From positions 13,803,900 to 13,867,899 of the forward strand of contig NC_068985.1 of the NCBI RefSeq assembly GCF_001194135.2: 64,000 nt of DNA. Reading direction: 5' to 3'. Under the pieces are notes generated by a model. It saw only the letters and a list, made by a program, of their open reading frames with translations. It had not been told where the DNA came from and did no database searches. Each line of letters starts with the position of its first letter. Positions within the stretch are counted from its first letter, which is position 1. Made by a program: the position numbers and the translations under genes. Source of the DNA: Octopus bimaculoides (lineage: Eukaryota). Below, piece after piece: positions 42,901-51,900 of the stretch.

Positions 42901-45900
42901 GATAATCCACACATGAACTACACAATGCACACAATACTGGGTTTTGTAGCAAATCGTAATTACATTTTTGGAAAACATTCAACATTTAAAAATATTTGCT
43001 TTACTTTAATTATGCATAATTTATTTGAAGACTTAATAATGGTTTGTAACTGAGGCACAAGGCCAGTAATTTTGTGAGAAAAGGATTAGTCGATACTAGC
43101 CTTTGGAAACCTAACAAGAGCACTCAGAGAGTGCAAACCTCCGCCAAGGTAACACCAATGTTCTTTCAACAATTAGCCAGAGATGAATTTTGAAATGAGA
43201 ATATCTGAAATAAACTCGACTTCTCTCACAAACAAGAATACTAAAAATGAACCCAGCTGCTCTCAAAAATTAAGTAAAAAACCAGGAAAAATAATCAAGA
43301 ATTCTTGTCCGGTACTGGATTGATCCCAAAAGTTAATCAGTTCATGTCAGTCATGGGGCCAAAAATCCCTGAAAGTTTCATCCGAATCTATCCAGCGGTT
43401 CTTGAGTGTAGTGGGTACTTATATGTGCCACAGGTACGAAAGCCAGTCAGGCGGTACTGGCAACGACCTCGCTCAAATGTTTTTTCACATGCCACCGGCA
43501 CAAGTGCCAGTAAGGTGACGCTGGTAACAATCACGCTTAAATGGCGCTATTTACGTGCCTCTGGCACAGAAACCAGACAGCAAAGCCAGATTCATCTACA
43601 ATTTGATCTGTCTACAGTAGTAGGCTAGTTATAAGAAAGAGCTCATCTAAATAAACTATTCCAGTTCTTGGAGTTGAAGGTCATGCCTATATTGCACAAA
43701 CTGGAAATAATATAGGATGGGGCCAAAGAAAGTTATATCTTCAACATATACAAAATGATTGCTGTATTGAAATCTTAAGTTTTAATTAAGAGCAACAAGC
43801 AGTATAGAGTCACAAAGAGTTGGCAAAATTTCATAATCAACAAAATGGCACATCTTATCTCATAGACATGGCTCCCTGTAGTATTCACTTTAATGTTGGC
43901 CAGTATGCTGGAGTAATATGACATTAGCAGTTCATATAGTTTCAAAGATATATCTTCATTCGGTTCCAAGATATTCCACATCAAGTTGACAGTATCTGCA
44001 GAGTTTAATAAATGTGATGATTTTGTACAATTAGCAAATACTTCTACTGAAGCATGAAAATCTGAACAATATCCTGATGACCAGGGTAGCAAAGAAGTCA
44101 CCATTGGTTGGTCAAGTACCACATAAGTGAAGGCACATGGAATACTTGTTAGGATGCTGTACTCATGATCGCAAGATCATGGTTTCAATTCCCAGACTGG
44201 TTGTGTATTCTGTTCTTGAGCAAAACAATTCACTTCATGTTGCCCCAGCTGTAAATGGGCATTCAAGGGTGAGATGGTGACTCAGGAAAATCACTCAAAC
44301 GGAAGTCTTATGAGCCATGTCTTGTATTCAGCAATCAAAAGGACAAACAGTAGAAACCTTACTGTGAATCCTGATTGGTTGTCCAGCTATGTCAAAAGCC
44401 AACAACAACAATAACTACACAAACTCTTTGTATAGATTCTGACTGGATATAAAAATAAGGACAATATGTTCTTACCAGGCTTATCAATGGTAGGCATACA
44501 GAAGAGCAAAATTGAACCAAGGCTAGTAGAAAAGGCAAACATAGCCTGTCCATCTGAGTCAAGGCAAGTGGCCGCACAATAAAGCTGAGATGTTAAACTA
44601 CCACCAGGGTTGACCATGTGAAAATTTCTGCTATCTTGAGCACTGGTAAGGGAGGCATCAGCAAATATAGAAAGGGCTTTAGAATCTTCGCCAAAACGAT
44701 AGCAAACTGTTTCCTGAAACAAAAGAATGAAAAACAGGGTATAGAAATGGTGTGATCTACTGGTACAAAAGAAATTATATAAAAAAAGAATTAACAATGG
44801 TTTCTTATTAATCTTTTGATGTCAAACTGCTTGAAACCACGTCTAGTTTTATAATACAGAACCGCTAATTTTAAAGTGTTCATATTTAAATTGTAAGTTC
44901 CCTTCATAGTTCAAGAAAGAAATTCAGATATAAGGAATTATCCTTTTTATATAAGGACATATTTGGACTACTGTCCTCATCTTGGTTGCTATAGCCACAA
45001 TATTCCAGCTGCAGTACTTTCTGGCTTTCTTCAGGCATTTATCATATTCAAAAACATTCTCAACATTTGGAACCAAACCTACCATGTTTTCTAGTATACA
45101 ACGTAGCGTATAATATAAATGCAGCATAAATATTCAAGCATTGCCACAATCTTTCTAAATCCTGCAGCATTTCATATGGAATTATTGGTTCTCCTAAATC
45201 AGCATGGTGTCTAAGATGGCCGACCTTTTCTGGCTGTAAATTCTAGTCTGAAAAATTTTACTTGTATGCTAGAAAATATGATATATTAAATCCATCGGTA
45301 GATGGTTCTCATTTCATGGCCTAAACCAGAGATATTCTTTATTAGTCATTCTCCTACATGTGTATAACAGTTTATCTTATGGGCATGAGCTCAATCCCTG
45401 GGGCAGTCAACACACACGATGGACTTCTTTCAGTTTTTAAATCAATTAACAAGGTTGTGGTCAGCTCAGGGCTGTTCTAGAAGTCGCTTGCCCAAGGTGT
45501 ACTACAGTGGGGTCTGAACTCAAAACCATGTGGTTGAGAAGTAATGTTCTTAACCACACAATTGTAGTTATGGCCGATGCTAATGTCACCTGACTGGCTC
45601 CTCTGACGGTGGCACATACAAAGCACCATTCGAGCATGGTCAATGCTAGTACCACCTGACTGGCTCCGGTGCCAGCGACACATAAAAAACACCATTCGTG
45701 TCTATCAATGTGAACAACTAAATTTACAGGACTTTCCAGACCAATCTAATAGGAAGAAATCATCGAAAAATACATTTAACACAGAAAGAAGGAAAAAAAA
45801 AATTAAACAAATATCTCAGAAGACTTACGGGCTTGGGAATTTTGTTTGGATGAGGAAATACAAGTCTGTGTACACTAGCAACTGTTGTGACTAAAATATA

Positions 45901-48900
45901 AACTTTCCCTTGGTGTTCATGGACACTGGTGCCTCCAAGTAAAGGAGTGTCTTGAAATCGGTATCGAACATGAGAACCAATTAAATTATAATCCAAAGAC
46001 TGTTCCACCAGTTCCAAAATGTCTCCTGTAGTTCTCCTACAAAGAAAATGGAAAAAAAATGCTTCAAGATATCAAGAATATAAAATTATCAATTATGTTT
46101 GTGATTATCTAGTATAATAATAATAACATGGGTGTTTTGCTCAACATCCTTAAACAAACCCTCTTCAGGGACCTTTTGAGCAGGATGGGCTACTTGACCT
46201 GAAGAAAATTCTAACTGGGTCCCACCTGCGAGGTCATGTGCTGTTTATCTTGATATGAGATCACCATGTCAAGCGCACATATGCTTGTGATGCATGTGCC
46301 TGGTGTACTCTTATCAGACGGGTAGTCATGATGGGTATATTGGGCTTCGTATATTTTACCCCAGTGTCACTTTGATGGCATGCACTGCTCTCTCACTCAA
46401 TAATAATAATAATAATAATTACAATTGGCCCTTTTCCTCTATGCAGACGGTCAATTTAGCTTAGAGGTCACTTAATCGAACATATTAGGGGCTCCCTTTC
46501 TTGCAGCTTCTTCCTATGATTGAAGCGCAGCTTCTGTCACAGTACTTGCATATCAAGATAGTTGCTCGGCCCTCTGCGTTTCTGTTGTTTTTCGTTTTGC
46601 CATTGACACTTCTTAACTTGTTTGTTTCTGTAGCTGCTCCCTAGTGAAACAGTTCCTTCCTTCACCACAGCCCTCCATGTTGTTCTGTCCCCAGCCCTCT
46701 CTTCCCAGGTGCTGACATCCACCTCACACTTGGACAAACTAGTGTAAGCACATCAATAATACACAGAATCAGTAGACAAGTATTATGTATATTAGTTCAT
46801 GGAACAAAGTGCAAAGAATTTACGGAACAACTATCTTAGATGGTGGCAAAAGAATTCTTACATCATAATCACTGTTTTAATGTCCACTTTTTCATGTATG
46901 AGTTACATGGAATTTGTTAAGGTGAATGAATGCCTTTCCTGTTGCCAACCCTTGCTGGTTTCCAATGTAAGGTAATATTTTCCATCGACCACAAATGTTA
47001 TGGGATACCAAAGTAAGGAGACAATATACACACACATCATCATCATCATCAACACTTCATGTCCATTTTCCATGCGGGCAGAGGTTGGACAGTTTGACAG
47101 GAGCTGGTATGGTCGGGGGGCTGTACCTGACTCCATTGCTGGTTTTGCTTGGCATGGTTTCTACAGCTGGATGCCCTTCCTAACACCAATTACTTTACAG
47201 AGTGTACTGGGTGCCTTTTATGCAGTACCAGCACGATACACACACTCACACAGTTTCAAATGGAATGAGGTTGCTCTTCCACAAGGATGTATTTCATCCT
47301 AACGTACACCGGTTTAACTCCATATCAATCAATATACTTGGAATTCATTAATTTGTTTTAGTATTAGTATTAACATTTATGAAGTTCTATGGTCATTGTC
47401 AGAACCACCTGACTGGCCCTCGTGCTGGTGGCACGTAAAAAGCACTCACTACACTCTCGGAGTGGTTGGCGTTAGGAAGGGCATCCAGCTGTAGAAACTC
47501 TGCCAGATCAGATTGGAGCCTGGTGCAGCCTTCTGGCTTGCCAGTCCTCAGTCAAACTGTCCAACCCATGCCAGCACGGAAAGCAGACATTAAATGATGA
47601 TGATGATGATAAGTAGTCATTATAGAGGTTTTCATCCATGCGATATAGGAGAACAGAATTTTAATAATGTACAGAAAACAGAGAGCGTAAACACAGAAAA
47701 AAAATCAATTTATTTATATAATGGTCAATTTCATGTCTATATACGTTTCNNNNNNNNNNNNNNNNNNNNNNNNNNNNNNNNNNNNNNNNNNNNNNNNNNN
47801 NNNNNNNNNNNNNNNNNNNNNNNNNNNNNNNNNNNNNNNNNNNNNNNNNNNNNNNNNNNNNNNNNNNNNNNNNNNNNNNNNNNNNNNNNNNNNNNNNNNN
47901 NNNNNNNNNNNNNNNNNNNNNNNNNNNNNNNNNNNNNNNNNNNNNNNNNNNNNNNNNNNNNNNNNNNNNNNNNNNNNNNNNNNNNNNNNNNNNNNNNNNN
48001 NNNNNNNNNNNNNNNNNNNNNNNNNNNNNNNNNNNATTAAACGAAAATACCTAAAGCTCCACAAGGCTCCGGCAGGGGATGGTGGCGAACCCTGCTGTAC
48101 TCTTTCACCACAACTTTCTCTCACTCTTACTTCCTGTTTCTTTTGTGCCTATAATTCAAAGAGTCAGCCTTGTCACACTGTGTCACGCTGAATATCCCCG
48201 AGAACTACATTAGGGGTACACATGTCTGTGGAGTGCTCAGCCACTTGCACGTTAATTTCACGAGCAGGCTGTTCCGTTGATCGGATCAACTGGAACCCTT
48301 GACGTCGTAAGCGACAGAGTACCAACACAACACACACACATCTCCCTTCTATGCTTTTATACACAACTGTAAATCATAGTAAACCATGAGCTTTCTGCCC
48401 ATTTAAACTTCACTTTGACAGGTGACTGTAACACTGAATTTTACCAAGAGAGAAAATTAGTAAGAAAAAATAAGGTTAACTTTCTTACAGCAGAAATCAA
48501 ATTATCCACACAAAATTTCATTACCCTTAACTGCAGATAGTAGTTTTATATACCAATCTATCATTTGTTGAGGAATGTCATGTTTGAAATAATTTTTCGT
48601 TGAGATATCATCATGATTATTTAACGTCCTCCTTCCATGCTGGCATGGGTTGGATGGTTTGACAGGAGCTGGGCAGATGGGAGCCTGTGCCATGCTTCTG
48701 TGTCTGTTTTGGCATGGCTTTTACAGCTGGAAGCTGTTCCAAATGCCAACCATTTCACAGTGTGGACGGGGTGTCAAGTGTATTGACAATTCTAGTTTTT
48801 GGTAGATATTTAACACCATTATTGGAATAATCATGAAATTTAATTTTACAATTAAAGGGCTAATATATAATTTAGGAACAGTGGACATCATACTGGTTAA

Positions 48901-51900
48901 GAAGTAGCACAGTAAACAAAAAACAACAAAAAAAAAAACTTGATCAAAGTAGAAAAAATTTTAGAATGTCAAAGAAATGAACACTTACCAGTATATAAAT
49001 CTGTTGCTTGCTGCCGAATTTGGCTGTGTGCTGTCTTGGTATGCATATCCGCCAGATGTGTTTGAAACTTTGATGTCTTGTAAAGTACTATCAGATCCAC
49101 CTAGTAAAACGTTTGGTTTGAAATGTGAATAACAACATTTACATGAAAATAAGTTGGAATATTGTACATTTATAACTATCAGTTAGTAAGTTTATACATT
49201 TTCTGGATTAACCCTTTTGTGACCATATTTCTGTTGAGATGCTCCATGTTTCTTTCAATTAATTTTAAATATAACAAAGAATTAAGTGAAATAACTTAGT
49301 TATCATTAAGCTAGTGTTAGGAACATAAATTGTGACTTAAGGTTTGGTGGAAGATTTTAATTCAAGACTTATGAAAATAAGACATTTGTACTACAGAGCC
49401 AGAGGCGGTTCCAGCCGGGTTGGTATCATCATCATCATCGTTTAATGACTGCTTTCCATGCTGGCATGAGTTGGACAGTTTGCTCTTTGTGGATTTTAAA
49501 ATGTCTTTTGAGGCCTCCGTTGGATTTGCAAACCTTCTGGCATACACTACATTCAAAGGCGTGCACAGACATATAGTCAGAATAGTTGGTGGAGGTTCGT
49601 TTTCTATGCGTTTGCAGATGAGATTTGAGGCCAGCCAAAGACAGACACGGTCTGTCACAGACTGTGCACACAAAAAGGTCATTGTCATTCACCTTCTCGA
49701 TCGTTACATTCTTCCTTAGATCTCTTTTGAATCTTACTTGTGTTACAAACAGCACCACACACAGGTTGATGCATTACAACTGTTTGTTCCGAGTTGATGA
49801 TCAAGCCAAAATCATCACAAGTCGAGTCAAATGCAAATACAAGAGATTGCGGACCTGTTCCAGAATGACCGACAACATCGCAATCGTCAGCGTACAAAAG
49901 TTCCCTAATGAGTGAAGTAAAAAGCTTCATTTTGAATTTCAGTCTGATCAGATTAAAAACATTCCCTGTTGTTTAACATATTTTGTAAATACCCTCTTCA
50001 GAGTTTTGAAAAGCATGTGAACACAACAGCAAAGTATATTGCAAAGAGGGTGGGTGCATCAAGGTCTCCTTGCTTTACTCCATTTTCCACAGCAAAAGAT
50101 TCAGAGAGCCTACCACCAAAATTAACTCTAGCTTTCATATCTTGATGCAAAGCCCTGATCAGGTTTACAATTTTTTCTGGGCATCCTATTTTCCCCAGAA
50201 TTAGCCAGAGCATTTCGATTAACAGTATTGAATGCTTTGCTCAAATCAACAAAGCAATGGTATAGAGCAAGATTCTGTTCAATGCACTTTTCTTGTAATT
50301 GTCTGACAGTAAAGATACAATCAGCTGTGCCCCTGGAGGAACGAAAACCACACTGAGACTCAGACACTATATTTGGAACTATAAAGGCATTTAAATATTC
50401 TAACAAAATGCGGGCAAGTACCTTTCCAACCACAGACAAAAGCGAAACCCCACAAAAATTACCACACAGATCCTTTGGCCCCGATTTATACAAGGAGACT
50501 AAAATGGCATCAACCCAGTCTTGAGGCACTTTCTCGGTTCTCCAAAAGTGACAAATTAATATATTTAAGAGTTCAAACATTTTGTCACCCCCATATTTCA
50601 AGACTTCTGCACAGATTCCATCAGACCCTGGAGACTTATTGTTATTCAGCTTATTCACAGCTAAATAAATGTCATTTAGAGTTGGTTCAAATGCCATCTC
50701 TTCTATAACTGGAAGGTGTTCAATTTTTTTCTATCGTCCTCATGTCAACGGATGATGATCTATTCAAAAGTGCAGAAAACTGTTCTACCTAGCACTTATG
50801 AATAGAAGCAGTGCCAGCCAGAAGAAAACATCCATTTGCTGTTCTCAATGGAGCTATTGAGGAAGATTTTGGGTCATATACCTCCTTAACATAAGAGTAC
50901 AAACCCTTGGTATCATTTCTATCAGCTGCTTCTTGTGCCCCCTTTACTCTACCATTCCTGTTTAATTTTCCTTATAGCAGACTGCACTTTCCTTTTCAGC
51001 TTATATATAAATATAAAAAAGTAAAAGATATGCAATAAATATAGGCGTAGGAGTGGCTGTGTGGTAAGTAGCTTGCTTACCAACCACATGGTCCAGGGTT
51101 CAGTCCCACTGCGTGGCACCTTGGGCAAGTGTCTTCTACTACAGCCTCGGGCCGACCAAGGCCTTGAGAGTGGATTTGGTAGACGGAAACTGAAAGAGGC
51201 CCGTCATATATATATGTATATGTACGTGTTTGTCCCCCCAACATCGCTTGACAACCGATGCTGGTGTGTTTACGTCCCCATAACTTAGCGGTTCGGCAAA
51301 GTAAACCGATGGAATAAGTACTGGGCTTCCAAAGAATAAGTCCTGGGGTCGATTTGCTCGACTAAAGGCGGTGCTCCAGCATGGCCACAGTCAAAAGAGT
51401 ATATATATATATGTGTAAAAGCAAAAATATACATATGTATGTATATATATATATATATATATATATACAAAGAAAAATTTTAAAAAGGTATGTGAAGAAT
51501 TACATATAAATAATATTGTATAAAGAAAAGTAAAAGATATACATTACTTTTGTATGTACTTTTTAATCTTCGGGATTTAACATGCTATTGCATATACGAC
51601 CAAAAGAATTCAAAAAGTCCCGTTTAATTAAAATTGATCGAACTTTTCAACAAGAAATCACACCTTGACTGTCATAAAACACGCATGAACCCCACGAGGC
51701 CTGACGTTTACTTCGAGAAGTTCAAAAGGTGAAGATAACCCTAACTCTAAACACCGGGTGTACGTATTTTTTACTTTCGCCACGTTTTAAAAGCAACAGA
51801 AAACATCTTAGTTTGGACAGACACCTGAATGAATGAATGAACGATCGGTTCGTTAACAGAGAGTCAATAAAAAGATCTTAAAGCAACATAAAGTTATCAT

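Noticed and set aside
44924-45127. 67-aa minus ORF between Nup160 exons 3 and 4
   Set aside because: Not needed for frame continuity and not similar to Nup160; unassignable.
51736-51750. TAACCCTAACTCTAA telomere-like motif
   Set aside because: Only two imperfect units; not an interstitial telomeric array.
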